A stretch of 64,000 nucleotides of DNA, taken from Spirochaetia bacterium (lineage in GTDB: Bacteria > Spirochaetota > Spirochaetia > SZUA-6 > Bin103). Below the pieces are notes generated by a model. It had not been told where the DNA came from, searched no databases, and was given only the letters and a program-made list of their open reading frames with translations. The position numbers were made by a program, and so were the translations under genes. Where the stretch lies: NCBI GenBank assembly GCA_965198005.1, contig CBDAOI010000004.1, forward strand, positions 480,001 through 544,000, read 5' to 3'. The first letter of the stretch is position 1, and every line of letters begins with the position of its first letter. Shown piece after piece: positions 42,485 to 52,835 of this stretch.

Positions 42485-43012
42485 TCAACCCGGCAGCACG
42501 TCGCCGCCGGTCAGCTCGTCCTCCTCGCCGAACGCCTGCAGCTCATGCGGTGCGCGATACACGTGGACGGTACGGGTGGCCGGCTCGACGATCCACACCA
42601 GCCGGGTGCCGGCGTGGAAATATTCGGCCACCTTGGTCTGCAACTCGGTGAAGCGGTCGGACGGCGAGGCGACTTCCACGGCGAAGTCGGGCGCGAACGG
42701 CCAGAAGCCGGTGGGGACCCCGGTCGCGGGAATGCGCGCCCTGGCGACGAAGGCGGCGTCCGGCGCGCGCACCACGTCGGGAGTGCGCTGCAGGATGAAC
42801 CCGGTTTCAGCGCCGCAGCACACTCCAGCCTGGGAGGTATCCAGATACTGTTCCAGCATACGAGCCAGCTTGCTGGTCACCACGCCGTGCTCGGCACCGG
42901 TTGGACTCATGCGGACCAGCTCGCCGCCGGCGAGCTCATACTTGTAATCGTCATCCGGACGCTCCAACAGTTCTTCGGCGGTGATCAGCGATACCCGGGC
43001 TGCAGTCGCCAC
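42485..43012 (-). CDS. Uma2 family (PD-(D/E)XK) endonuclease-like protein
   Basis: YELAGGEL, VRAPDAAF, APDFAVEVASPSD and YFHAGTRLVW motifs; GGAGG SD and TATAAT upstream. C-terminus looks slightly short. Confidence 0.88.
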   Translation of the reverse strand: MATAARVSLITAEELLERPDDDYKYELAGGELVRMSPTGAEHGVVTSKLARMLEQYLDTSQAGVCCGAETGFILQRTPDVVRAPDAAFVARARIPATGVPTGFWPFAPDFAVEVASPSDRFTELQTKVAEYFHAGTRLVWIVEPATRTVHVYRAPHELQAFGEEDELTGGDVLPG

Positions 43013-43141
43013 TCGATCCTCCCTCGTTGGCCTCGAACTGGTGCTCGGCACCACTTAGCGTCATCGATTATAGCGGTTGGTACGACGGGGAACCACCGGA
43101 CCGGTGCACCGGTGCACCGGCGTGACGCGCGGCGGGTCATG

Positions 43142-43882
43142 TCACATCACCCCGGGGCGGCCGGCCAGGAGGGACAGGGGGTCGGTGACCGGTACCGGCG
43201 TGCGCATCAGATAGGCCTCGCCGAAGGTGGCTCCGATCATGCTCCCCCAGAAGCGGTGGCGCGCCTCCCACCCGGCCAGATAATCGGGGCTCGACAGGTA
43301 GGTCCGGCCTGCGGAGTCGGACCCGCCGTCCGGTGCCGGCGGGCGGTGGAGCTGCGAGGCGTAGCACGCCGCGGCGCGCGCCTTGGTCGCGAACTGGTCG
43401 CTGATGTCGACGATCAGCGACGGGCGCCGGGTGTAGCGCGACAGGTAGAACAGCATCGCCTCCGGGCGGTGGGGGCCGCGGCCGCCGGGATGCTTGGCGA
43501 TGCCGGCGGACCACCAGGCGTCCTTCATCAGCAGACTGGTGTTGACGTGATCGGGGTGGTGATCCTCCCAGTAGGGACCGACCAGCATGCGCGGGCGCTC
43601 GGCGCGGATCACTTCGACCAGCCGGGTCCGGTACTCGACGGTGCGCTCCACGAAGCCGTCCGGCAGGTTCAGATCCAGGCGCACGTCCAGTCCCAGGACG
43701 GCGGTGGCGCGGGCGCGTTCCGCCCGGCGCAGCTCCGGCGTGCCGCGCGTTCCCTGCTCGCCGCGGGTCAGGTCGACCACGCCGACGCGGGCGCCCGCGG
43801 CCTTGCACCGCAGCAGCAGGCCGGCGCAAGCCAATTCGGCGTCGTCCGGGTGGGCGCACACCGCCAGCACGTCTACAGCCAT
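43142..43882 (-). CDS. bshB1: PIG-L family deacetylase, BshB1-like
   Basis: AHPDDAEL, DLTRGEQGTRGT, HHPDH, K..A..CYASQ and G..IG..FGE motifs. Confidence 0.8.
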   Translation of the reverse strand: MAVDVLAVCAHPDDAELACAGLLLRCKAAGARVGVVDLTRGEQGTRGTPELRRAERARATAVLGLDVRLDLNLPDGFVERTVEYRTRLVEVIRAERPRMLVGPYWEDHHPDHVNTSLLMKDAWWSAGIAKHPGGRGPHRPEAMLFYLSRYTRRPSLIVDISDQFATKARAAACYASQLHRPPAPDGGSDSAGRTYLSSPDYLAGWEARHRFWGSMIGATFGEAYLMRTPVPVTDPLSLLAGRPGVM

Positions 43883-43897
43883 CGCCGCCCGATAGTA

Positions 43898-45178
43898 TCA
43901 GAACACCTCTTCCAGCACATAGAAGTAGTTCTCGTCGGTGCCGAAGATCAGGAACTTGCCGGCGGCCACGGGGGCGCTCAGCACCGCGCCCTGCAACTCC
44001 ATTTGCCACAGCAGCTTGCCATTGCGGGCCGACAGCGCCACCAGCCGCGGCGGCGTGCCGCCGGGCAGGTTGTCGCCGCGCACGCCGAAGTAGACCCGGT
44101 CGCCGGCGACCGTGGGGGCGCTGCTGGTGGGGTAGCGGAAGGTGTGCCGCCACGCCGGGCGGCCGTTGCGGGTGTCGAACGCGCGCACCACCGCGTCGCC
44201 GCTGGTGTAGATGACCGTATTGCGCCACAGCGACGGCGCCAGGTAGTCGAGCAGGCGCAGGCTGTCCAGAAACACCTGCCGCGGGTGGTATATCAGCTCG
44301 CCGGCGTCGCCGAAGAATGACTGGTCCTCGCTGGTCCACAGCCCCTCGCCGGTGACGCGGTCGACCGCGTGGTAGACGAAGCGCAGATTGCCCGCCGGGC
44401 TGCGCCCGGGTCCGGCCGCGGAGTAGAACAGCTCGCGGCCGCGCAGGGCCGGGAACGAGTACCAGTTGAGGCCGGGGGTGGTGGACTTGATCCACAGGTA
44501 GGAGTGGTCGTACACATCGTAGGCGCCGAAGCTGGCGCCGCGGCCGGGCGGGCCCGGCGCCCAGTACATCACGCCGTCGTACACCTGGAACGTGTGGTAG
44601 GACCAGACCGGATTGGGGAGCAGGTGGACCTGCTCGCCGTCGGCGGTGAGAAAGTGGGTGTTGCCGCGGTCGCTGGTGAACATCACCAGGTCCTCGTAGC
44701 GCAGAATCAGCGACTGCACGGTGTACCGGGTGCGGAACCGCCACTGCTCCTCACCCGTGTGGCGCGACACGGCGTACACGAAGCCGTCGTTGGACCCGAA
44801 GTAGAGGTTGTCGCGGTCGGCGAACGGGACCGAGTTCACCGGCGCCCGCGACTTGAAGATCCAGCGCATGTAGCCGCTGTGCACGTCGAGGGCGTAGAAG
44901 TTGCCGTCGTCGGAGCCGAAGTAGACGGTATCGTCCACCACCACCGGCGGGTTGAAGGAGCGCGCGCGGGCCCCCGCCACCTGGAGCTGAAGCTGCCACT
45001 TGACCGCCAGCGGCGGCTGAATCCGGGTACGGGTGACGCCGCGCCCCTCTTCCCCCCGGAACATTACCCAGTCGCTGCTGCCGCTCGCATGCGCCGCCGG
45101 CGCCAGTATGCTTCCTAGCATGAACAGCACCGCCAACAGCGGTAGTATGGATTGGGGCCGGTCAGCCGGTTCCTTCAC
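43898..45178 (-). CDS. Secreted PQQ-like beta-propeller protein
   Basis: Signal peptide, DWVMFRG, and repeated VYFGSDDGNFYAL..G..W blades. Confidence 0.88.
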   Translation of the reverse strand: MKEPADRPQSILPLLAVLFMLGSILAPAAHASGSSDWVMFRGEEGRGVTRTRIQPPLAVKWQLQLQVAGARARSFNPPVVVDDTVYFGSDDGNFYALDVHSGYMRWIFKSRAPVNSVPFADRDNLYFGSNDGFVYAVSRHTGEEQWRFRTRYTVQSLILRYEDLVMFTSDRGNTHFLTADGEQVHLLPNPVWSYHTFQVYDGVMYWAPGPPGRGASFGAYDVYDHSYLWIKSTTPGLNWYSFPALRGRELFYSAAGPGRSPAGNLRFVYHAVDRVTGEGLWTSEDQSFFGDAGELIYHPRQVFLDSLRLLDYLAPSLWRNTVIYTSGDAVVRAFDTRNGRPAWRHTFRYPTSSAPTVAGDRVYFGVRGDNLPGGTPPRLVALSARNGKLLWQMELQGAVLSAPVAAGKFLIFGTDENYFYVLEEVF

Positions 45179-45205
45179 CGAAGGCTCGCTGAGGGCATTG
45201 GGCGC

Positions 45206-47698
45206 TCAATAGTACAGGGCGCGCAGGGTGAGGGCGCGGCGCAGGAGGGGGCGCAGGCCGGGTTTGCGCAGCCGCTGTACGGCGGTCCGGTACTGGGCGC
45301 GCAGCTCGGACCAGGTGCCGAGGTGCTCGCCGGGGTCGAAGGCGGTGCGGTAGCGCAGCATCGTGTAGAGGGCGGCGAACCGTTCGATTTCGGGATAGCG
45401 CCGGGCGTACTCCTGCATGGTGTGGGCGTGGTCCTTCAGCGCGCAGCCGGCGTTCGCCATGCGCATGTAGAGCAGGTTGCCCAGGGCGCGCAGGCCGGAG
45501 CCGTCGGTCTGCCGCGCCCGCAGGGCCAGCCACCCCTGGCGGCCGTAGCGCAGGCCGTAGGCGCCGGCCACGGCCAGCACCGTCAGGGTCGCCAGCACCG
45601 TCAGGGCGAAGCGCCAGGGGAATATGAAGCTGCGCGGCGCCGGCACCTCCTCCACTTCGATGATCGGGATCACGATGTCGAGCATGTTGGCGTCGGCGGA
45701 CGGGGGCGGCGGCTTGGCGTAGCTGGTGGTCTCGAAGTCCACCCAGCCGTAGTCGGGCAGCCAGAACTGGGTCCAGGAGTGGCGGTGGGCGGTGGTGATC
45801 AGGTAGAGGTCGTCCATCGGGTATGCCTGGAGCGGCTCGATCGACTGCCGCAGGAGGGCGGCGCCGCGCTGGTGCTGCGGGGTCTGGAGCGAGTCGGAGC
45901 CAAGGTAGCCGGTCACGACGCGCGTCGGGATCCCGAGCATTCGCCCCAGGATCGCCGACGTATTGGAGAATTCGGTGCAGTCGCCGGAGCGGGTCTCGAA
46001 CAGGAAGCGGTCGACGTGCGCGATCGACACGTCGTCGGTGAAGCCGATCTCGTACTGGTAGGGGGCGAAGCTGCGCAGGATCAGGTCGATCCGGTCGTAG
46101 TAGCTCTGCGCGTCGCCGGCGAACCGGTCGAGGTAGGACTGGAAGCGGGCGCGTTGCTCCGCGTCCAGCGGCACCTCCAGAAAGCTGCTCATGTGCTCCC
46201 GCTCGCGCGCGGTGAGCGGCCGTGCCCGGCGCCACAGGTCGCTGCCGCCGGTGGCAATCTCGGACACCACCAGGTAGGAGAGATCGAACGGGTGATAGCG
46301 CCGCTGCTGGACGGTGGGCTCGACGGCGAGCGGACGGTACTGCAGCACCCGTTCCGGGATGGTGGAGAAGAACGTGTGCTCGATCGGGCTGCGGCCGCGG
46401 TCACCGTGCGGCTCGGGCGCCCGCCACGTGTCGAGCAGGCGCCGGTATACCAGGTCGTTGAGCGGTTCGCCGTCGGAGTAGGAGAACCCGTGGACCGGAT
46501 CGAACCTGCCGAAGTAGCCGTCGGCGGCATACACCGGGTCGCGGGTGCTGGCGACGACCATTACGGCGTACTGCTTGCTGTCGCCCTCGCCGTCGCCGGA
46601 TTCGTTGCCCCGGTCGCCCTCGTTCTGCTGTTCTCCCCCACTCGGCTCGGTGGAAGAACCGCCGGCTCCGGCCTGGCCCTGCTCGGTGGCGCTGCCGGCG
46701 CTGCCGTCACGCGGCTCGCCCGGCGCGGGCGCCGGCTGCGGCTGCGTGCGCTGGTCCCACTCGTCCGCGGGAATTCCCTCCAGGCCGGGCATCGGGCCCT
46801 GCTGCTGGCCGCCGGTCCCTTGCTCACCGCGCTCCTGCGGCTGCTCCTGCGGCTCCTCACCGGCGCCGCCCGCGCCGCCGCCGGGGCGCTCGGGCGGCTC
46901 CCAGGAGTCCTCGCCGCGCAGGTTGCCGCCGGGCGGCGCGTTGCTGAAGTCGTCCACCGGCACCGGCGGCGACGGCGGCAGCTCGTTGAGCTGGTTGAAG
47001 GCGACGTGGTGCTCGACAAAGTCCGGCGGCAGCAGCACCGCCAGCAGCAGGATCAGCGGCACCGCGGCCGCCAGCAGCGCCAGCTCGCGCCGCCCGCGCC
47101 GGCGCTGCTCGTTGCCCCGGACGCCGAATCTCCGTTGCGGGAACGCGGCCTGATAGATCACCACGGCGTGCACCAGGAAGCCGGCGATGCCGACCAGCAG
47201 AAGCACGGTGGTGAGCAGCGAGCTGGCCCCCGAAATCGCCTCCGAGGCGCGTGCGAAGCGCAGCATCTTGACGTACACGTAACCGATGAAGAACAGCTCC
47301 GCCGCGGCCAGGGTGTGGCCGTACTCACGCGCACCGAAGATCAGCAGCGTGAGCGCGAAGGCGCCGGCTCCGGCCAGAACCACCAGCCAGGCGGCGCTGT
47401 CCAGGCCGGTGCCGAAGGCCACCGCCGCGGCGACCGCAAGCGCCGCGGCCACCAGCAGGCGGTTGGGAGTGAGCCGGGTGCGGACGGCGGCCGCCAGCCG
47501 CGTGCGGGACGGTGGCGTGGCGGGTGCACCCGCGATGGCGCCGCGCAGCGCGTACGCCAGCAGCATCTCCAGCGGTACCAGTGCAAACCACACCAGGTAG
47601 CCCGCGCGATCGTAGGGCACCACTACCGCCGGATGCACCAGCGGCAGCGCTACCGCGATGGCGTACACCAGCAGGCGGGTCAGGAAGAGAAGGTGCAC
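45206..47698 (-). CDS. Membrane-anchored transglutaminase-like protein
   Basis: N-terminal TM bundle, P/G/Q/E-rich linker, GDCTEFS...HSWTQF...GWVDFET triad and a C-terminal TM; start GTG 47698. Confidence 0.88.
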   Translation of the reverse strand: MHLLFLTRLLVYAIAVALPLVHPAVVVPYDRAGYLVWFALVPLEMLLAYALRGAIAGAPATPPSRTRLAAAVRTRLTPNRLLVAAALAVAAAVAFGTGLDSAAWLVVLAGAGAFALTLLIFGAREYGHTLAAAELFFIGYVYVKMLRFARASEAISGASSLLTTVLLLVGIAGFLVHAVVIYQAAFPQRRFGVRGNEQRRRGRRELALLAAAVPLILLLAVLLPPDFVEHHVAFNQLNELPPSPPVPVDDFSNAPPGGNLRGEDSWEPPERPGGGAGGAGEEPQEQPQERGEQGTGGQQQGPMPGLEGIPADEWDQRTQPQPAPAPGEPRDGSAGSATEQGQAGAGGSSTEPSGGEQQNEGDRGNESGDGEGDSKQYAVMVVASTRDPVYAADGYFGRFDPVHGFSYSDGEPLNDLVYRRLLDTWRAPEPHGDRGRSPIEHTFFSTIPERVLQYRPLAVEPTVQQRRYHPFDLSYLVVSEIATGGSDLWRRARPLTAREREHMSSFLEVPLDAEQRARFQSYLDRFAGDAQSYYDRIDLILRSFAPYQYEIGFTDDVSIAHVDRFLFETRSGDCTEFSNTSAILGRMLGIPTRVVTGYLGSDSLQTPQHQRGAALLRQSIEPLQAYPMDDLYLITTAHRHSWTQFWLPDYGWVDFETTSYAKPPPPSADANMLDIVIPIIEVEEVPAPRSFIFPWRFALTVLATLTVLAVAGAYGLRYGRQGWLALRARQTDGSGLRALGNLLYMRMANAGCALKDHAHTMQEYARRYPEIERFAALYTMLRYRTAFDPGEHLGTWSELRAQYRTAVQRLRKPGLRPLLRRALTLRALYY

Positions 47699-49038
47699 AG
47701 GTACCTCACTGAGAGCGGCTGCTCGTCCAGGAGACGGAGCCGGGGACCGCCGCCCACGCCGACCGGGCGCGCGCGGCGGTCCGCGGCCCAGGTCCAACCA
47801 CTGCCCAGCGTCACCGGGAGGGGCGATTCGTTGACATACATGCGAAACGGCTCCGGGCGCGCGGCGGCGGCGACATTGGCAGCGGCGCGGCGGGGAGCCA
47901 CGGCCACCGTGCGGAACAGGTTGACCGTGGCCGCCCCGCAGCGCTCCAGGAAGCGTGGCAGCTCGCGGTCGAACAGGGTGGAGAACACGAACAGCTCCCG
48001 GGCCGGCGCGTGGGTGGCCGCGGGCGGCTCGCCGGTCAGCGGCAACTCGGCGAGGTGGCGGGCGAAGGTATCGATCGCCTCCATCGACTCCAGCTCGTGG
48101 CGCTCGTCGCCGGTGTCCACCAGGAAGGTGAATTCGGGGTGCCGCTGCTTGACCACGCGCAGGAAGGTGAGCAGCCAGCTCTTGGCGAAATCCAGATGGA
48201 GCACCGCGGCCAGGGTCTCGCCGCCCGGCTGCGGACCACGCCGGCGGGCCGCGCGCGCTCTGCGCAGCACCACGTGGAGCTGTTGGGTAGGTTCCTGCGT
48301 GAGCGGCGAGATCCGCGTAATCAACTCCCCGAGACGGCTGCTCGCCTTCCAGTTGATGTCCTTGAGACGGTCGCCGGGGATGTACTGGCGCATGAAGTAC
48401 TGCTCTTCGTCCGCGGTCTGGGAACGCTGGGTGGTATCGTAGCTGACCGATACGTCCACCCGCGGCGCGGCCTGCTCGCCCAACAGGCCGGGGCGCACGA
48501 CCAGTTCGCGCCGTTCGGGACCGCGAATCTGCGCGCGGGTGAGGCCGAACACGTCCCGCACCGTCAGCCGGCCGGTGAGCTGCAGGCGTCCGCTGGTCGG
48601 AAACCAGAGCGGCACCGGCAGCTCGCCGCCGGGCGCCGCCACCTCGCGGTAGCCGTGGAGGGCGGCGTGGGCCCCCGCCTGCAATCGCCATGCGACGCGG
48701 AAGTGGATACGGTAGAACAGCCAGCTCCGCGCCGACCGCGTCCGCAGGCGGTGACGGGTGCCGCGTTCGCGGGCGGCCAGCACTGCCGCGGTATCCCATT
48801 CGAACTCGACCAGCTTGAAGCGGTACGCCTGTAATCGGCCCAAGCCGGCCAGCACCAGCAACACCACGAAGGCGAAGATCGAAAGCAGGAACTCATGCGG
48901 GGAACCGGTGGCGAAGGCACTCCCCAACAGGTACACGGCCGCCGCGAACAGGGCGCTGCCCGGCACGGTGAGCGGGTAGAGGCGCAGCACCGGCGGGAGC
49001 CGCCCCCAGGCGGCGCGCGTCGTAGCCGCTGCGCGCAC
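47680..49038 (-). CDS. DUF58 domain protein
   Basis: DVFGL and MRQYIPGDRLKDINWKASSR motifs; N-terminal TM hairpin. Confidence 0.88.
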   Translation of the reverse strand: MRAAATTRAAWGRLPPVLRLYPLTVPGSALFAAAVYLLGSAFATGSPHEFLLSIFAFVVLLVLAGLGRLQAYRFKLVEFEWDTAAVLAARERGTRHRLRTRSARSWLFYRIHFRVAWRLQAGAHAALHGYREVAAPGGELPVPLWFPTSGRLQLTGRLTVRDVFGLTRAQIRGPERRELVVRPGLLGEQAAPRVDVSVSYDTTQRSQTADEEQYFMRQYIPGDRLKDINWKASSRLGELITRISPLTQEPTQQLHVVLRRARAARRRGPQPGGETLAAVLHLDFAKSWLLTFLRVVKQRHPEFTFLVDTGDERHELESMEAIDTFARHLAELPLTGEPPAATHAPARELFVFSTLFDRELPRFLERCGAATVNLFRTVAVAPRRAAANVAAAARPEPFRMYVNESPLPVTLGSGWTWAADRRARPVGVGGGPRLRLLDEQPLSVRYLCTFSS

Positions 49039-49051
49039 CGTGCGCCCCGGT

Positions 49052-50200
49052 TTACGCGGTAGCCGGCGCGGTCGCCCCGCGCCGCGCCGGCCGGTGAACG
49101 TCGGCAGGCACCGAGTCGAGGAGCTCGCGCAGCACGTCCGCCGCCGAGGTCGCCGGATCCTGCATGATCAGCCGATGGGCGACCGCAGGCACGAGAATCT
49201 CCTTGATCAGATCCACCGCGACCCAGTTGTCACCGCGCACCATCGCCAGGGCGCGCGCCAAGCGCGACAGCTTGATCCCCGCGCGCGGGCTGGCGCCGGT
49301 CTCGATGGCGGGATGGCTGCGCGTCTGCCGCACCAGGGTCACCAGATAAGACACCACGTCGGCGTGGATCGAGACGCCGTCGACCATCCGTTGCCACTGG
49401 TTGAGGCGGTCTTGGGGCACCACCGGAGCAAACCCCTGCCAGGAATCCTCGCGCCCATGCTGGTGCACGATCGCCTCCTCGTCACCGTCCGTGGGGTAGC
49501 CCAATGAGAGCTGCACCATGAAGCGGTCGAGTTGCGGCACCGGCAGCGGGAACAGGTGCGCGCCCTTGAGGTTCATGGTGGCGATGATGAAGAACGGATC
49601 GGGCAGATGATAGGTGCGCCCCTCGATCGAGATCGCCTGCTCCTCCATCGCCTGAAAAAAGCTGCCCTGCGTCTTGGGAGTGAGCAGGTTGATCTCGTCG
49701 CACAGCACGAAGTGGGCGAAGATCGGTCCCCGGTTGAAGATGAAGGAGCTGCTGCCGGTCTCGTAGCGGGAGAAGCCGAGAATGTCCTGCGGCAGCAGAT
49801 CGACGGTGCACTGAATGCGGCTGAAGCTTTCGATCGGGACCTGCTCGGCCGACAGATCTACCCCCGTCTGGCCGTCGTGGCTCGACAGCGTCGCCGCTCT
49901 GACCGGCAGCTCGCCAGCGTCGCCGGCCGTGCCGTCGCCGTGGCTGGTCCAGTCGATGGACTGTGCCAGAGCCTTGGCCAGGGAGGTCTTGCCCACGCCG
50001 TGGGAGTCGGCCAGGATCACGTGGCCGCCGGCGATCTTGGCCGCGATCAGGTACTCCAGGGTGCGCGCCTCAAGGTAGATCAGCGAGCGGACATTGACCA
50101 GCAGGCGCTGGATCTCGGCACTGATCGAGCGCACCTCAGCGGCGTTCAGGGTCGTGCGTGCGATGTTGACTGGGACTGTAGCGGCCGCGGCGTCACCCAC
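49052..50200 (-). CDS. MoxR family AAA+ ATPase
   Basis: HGVGKT, RIQCTVDLLPQDI, DEINL..PKTQ, AMEE, QLDRF and GASPR motifs; start GTG 50200. Confidence 0.92.
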   Translation of the reverse strand: MGDAAAATVPVNIARTTLNAAEVRSISAEIQRLLVNVRSLIYLEARTLEYLIAAKIAGGHVILADSHGVGKTSLAKALAQSIDWTSHGDGTAGDAGELPVRAATLSSHDGQTGVDLSAEQVPIESFSRIQCTVDLLPQDILGFSRYETGSSSFIFNRGPIFAHFVLCDEINLLTPKTQGSFFQAMEEQAISIEGRTYHLPDPFFIIATMNLKGAHLFPLPVPQLDRFMVQLSLGYPTDGDEEAIVHQHGREDSWQGFAPVVPQDRLNQWQRMVDGVSIHADVVSYLVTLVRQTRSHPAIETGASPRAGIKLSRLARALAMVRGDNWVAVDLIKEILVPAVAHRLIMQDPATSAADVLRELLDSVPADVHRPARRGATAPATA

Positions 50201-50352
50201 AATACAGGCAATGATACTGCCGCCCGCGTGCCGAGAAAAGGGGGCCTGATCGTCCCCTATCGTCCCGATCACGGCGCTGCGGATCACCCGCGAGTAGCTC
50301 AGGAACGCTGGTCCGGCTTGCAGGCCCGCGCGAGCTGGCCTACGCTGCCGCC

Positions 50353-51262
50353 ATGGCCAGCACCAAAGCACCGCCAACCAGGCGGTACGAAGTATACGAA
50401 GTAGGGCAACCCGGGCGCGCCCAATCGCCGGCGTTCCCGGGCTGCAAGCCCGTCCGCCTGCCGCGCACCGAGATCGACTACGGCTCGATGGACCTGCTGC
50501 TGCGCGACGCCGGCGGCGAGCCGCGGCGCATCATGCAGGCGGACGAGTCAGTGTACCTGCATCCGGCGCGGGCCAAGCCGGGACCTGCGGCCATGGTGGT
50601 GGGCGAGGATGACTTTCCCGACGTGGTGCTGGAAGTGGATCACACTACGGACGCGCGGCGGGGCAAGCTGGCGCTGTACGAGGACTGGGGCTTTCCGGAA
50701 GTGTGGGTAGACGTGCCGGACACGCTGTCGCCGAGGCGGGCACGCGGGCGGCGCCCGGGACTGACGATTCATCTGCTGGAGCATGGTCGGTTCCGGGTTG
50801 CGGCCGAGAGCCGGGCGTTTCCCGGCTGGCGGGCGGACGAGATTCACGAGGCGCTGAACGAGCCGGCGCCATCCGCGCGCACCAGCGCGGTGTTGGAGCG
50901 GGTTGCAGCAGCGCTCGGCGCGCGCGAAGGCACCGGCCCGGACGACGACCCGCTGTTCCGTTCGCAACGGCGCCAGGGGTTCGAGCACGGCCGCGCGGAA
51001 GGTCGCGCGGAAGGTCGCGCGGAAGGCCGTGCGGAAGGCCGTGCGGAAGGCCGTGCGGAAGGCCACGCGGAAGGCCACGCGGAAGGGTCGTGCGGAAGCC
51101 CGTGCGCAGATGGTCCGTCAGATCCTGCGGTCACGTGGCATTGAAGTGTCGGCGAGGTTCTCCACCGCTACGGAGGCGTTCGCCGCGGCGTCCGAGGAGG
51201 CGCTGCTGGCGGCGGCGCTTGGCTGCGCGGATGAGGCGGACTTTCTTGCCGCGCTCCGGTGA
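50353..51262 (+). pseudogene. Uma2-like protein with an EGRA-repeat tail; frameshifted and probably internally deleted
   Basis: QADESVY, PDVVLEVD and YEDWGFPEVW motifs. An extra G at about 51085 separates the natural C-terminus (QMVRQILRSRGI...DEADFLAALR*). Confidence 0.75.
50989..51097 (+). repeat. 12-bp coding tandem repeat, 9 units (GG[CT]C[GA][CT]GCGGAA)
   Basis: Units counted directly; the last unit is 13 bp. Confidence 0.95.
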
Positions 51263-51356
51263 TCGCGCGACCGGGGCGGCTGACCTCGCTCGCCATGGCC
51301 CAAGCCTCATAGCTTTCCGCCAGTCGTTGCTTTGCGCCAGTCGTTTGGCCGGTGGG

Positions 51357-52835
51357 TCAGCCCGTATCGCGGAGGATGCGTTGCGCGCGGGCGGCGAGCT
51401 CGGTGCGCAGGTGCTTGATCGGGCCGGCGGCGCCGGCGGGTGGCAGGGCGAAGTAGCGGGCAGGGTGCTTGAACCTGGTGAGCCGCTCGCCGAGGTGGCG
51501 GTCGAGGTCGGGCGGCGGCAGCGGACCTGACTGTACCGTGAGGAACGCCGCGGCCCGGCAGCCGAATTCCGCGTCGGGGATCGGCACGCACACCGCGGCC
51601 GTCACCGCGGGGTGCTCCAGCAGCGCCTGTTCCACCTCCTCGGGCTGGACGTTCTCGCCGCCGGAGATGAAGCGCGCGTCGCACCGCCCGGTGACCGTGA
51701 GCCGGTTGCCGTCCAGCCGGCCCAGGTCGCCGCTGGCGAACCAACCGCCGGCACCGGCGGCGGGCACGATCCGCCCCGCCTGCAGGTACCCGAGACACAG
51801 GGTGCGGCCGCCGAGCAGGATCTCGCCTTCCGCGCTGATGGAGACCCGGCGGTACGGCAGCACCGGGGCGCCGGCGTCGAACGTCTCGGCGGCCGCGGCC
51901 AGCGGGGAGGTGGCCACCTGCGAGGCCAGCTCGGTGCAGCCGTAGGTGGCGCACACCGGCAGGCCGGCTGCGCGCGCCCGGCGCAGCAGCGCCGGTGACA
52001 GCGCGTTGCCGCCGACCAGAACCGCGCGCAGGCGCCGGGTGAGCGCCGGCCGGCCGGGAAGCCGCAGCAGGCGCCGGAGCTGGGTCTCCACCAGTGAGAC
52101 GTGGGTGACGGACGGCAGCAGCCGCGCGGCCGGGTCGCCGGCGTCGCGGAAGGATCCGCCGCCGGCGATTACCGCGCAGGCGCCGGCGCTGAGCGTGCGA
52201 AACAGGATGCTGAGCCCGGCCACGTGGTGCCGCGGCAGCGCCACCAGCCAGGCGTCGGCCGCGTCCAGCGGGATGTTGGCGGCGGAGCCGGCGGCGTTGT
52301 ACAGGTGGTTGGCGGCGCTGTGCACCACCGCCTTGGGCGCGCCGGACGAACCCGAGGTGAACACCACCGTGGCCGGCCGGTTGAGCGGGACGCGGGCCGA
52401 GGCGGTCGAGGCGTCCGAGCCGCCGGCCGTACCGTCGGAGTCGGTCGTACGCGACCGGCGCGGGGGTGGCAGGTGCTCGAGCGGGACGGCGCCGGCCAGG
52501 GCCAGCAGGCGGTCGCGCTCGTGTGCGGTGGCGCGTGCCGGCGGCAGGACCGCGATCGCCCCCACGGCCATCAGCCCGAACAGCGAAGCCGCCCACTCCG
52601 CGGGGCTCTCGTCGCTGAGCGCGACCCGCGCGCCGGTGGTCACGCCGTGCGCGCGCAGCCGGGCGGCGGTGAGCGCGATCCGTTCGGCGTACTGCCGGTA
52701 GCTCAGCATGTGGTCCTCCCAGCGGAGGGCAGGGGCGTCCCCGAAGCGGGCCGCGACGCGTGCGAAGTCCAGGACTCCTCCGGGGGCTACGGACCGTAGC
52801 GGATCCGTGCCGGCAACGCACGGCGCCACGCTCAC
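51357..52835 (-). CDS. menE: o-succinylbenzoate--CoA ligase
   Basis: FTSGSSGAPK, TYGCTELASQ, SGDLG and FISGGENVQPEEVE motifs; GTGA overlap with menA. Confidence 0.9.
   Translation of the reverse strand: MSVAPCVAGTDPLRSVAPGGVLDFARVAARFGDAPALRWEDHMLSYRQYAERIALTAARLRAHGVTTGARVALSDESPAEWAASLFGLMAVGAIAVLPPARATAHERDRLLALAGAVPLEHLPPPRRSRTTDSDGTAGGSDASTASARVPLNRPATVVFTSGSSGAPKAVVHSAANHLYNAAGSAANIPLDAADAWLVALPRHHVAGLSILFRTLSAGACAVIAGGGSFRDAGDPAARLLPSVTHVSLVETQLRRLLRLPGRPALTRRLRAVLVGGNALSPALLRRARAAGLPVCATYGCTELASQVATSPLAAAAETFDAGAPVLPYRRVSISAEGEILLGGRTLCLGYLQAGRIVPAAGAGGWFASGDLGRLDGNRLTVTGRCDARFISGGENVQPEEVEQALLEHPAVTAAVCVPIPDAEFGCRAAAFLTVQSGPLPPPDLDRHLGERLTRFKHPARYFALPPAGAAGPIKHLRTELAARAQRILRDTG

Noticed and set aside
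45152-48442. 1096-aa plus-strand ORF and similar long antisense ORFs (for example 18673-21078, 42323-44320, 52760-55228)
   Set aside because: These are shadow frames of GC-rich genes on the opposite strand, with no recognisable motifs.
50989-51097. CRISPR or iteron array
   Set aside because: It is a spacer-less 12-bp coding tandem repeat encoding EGRA.
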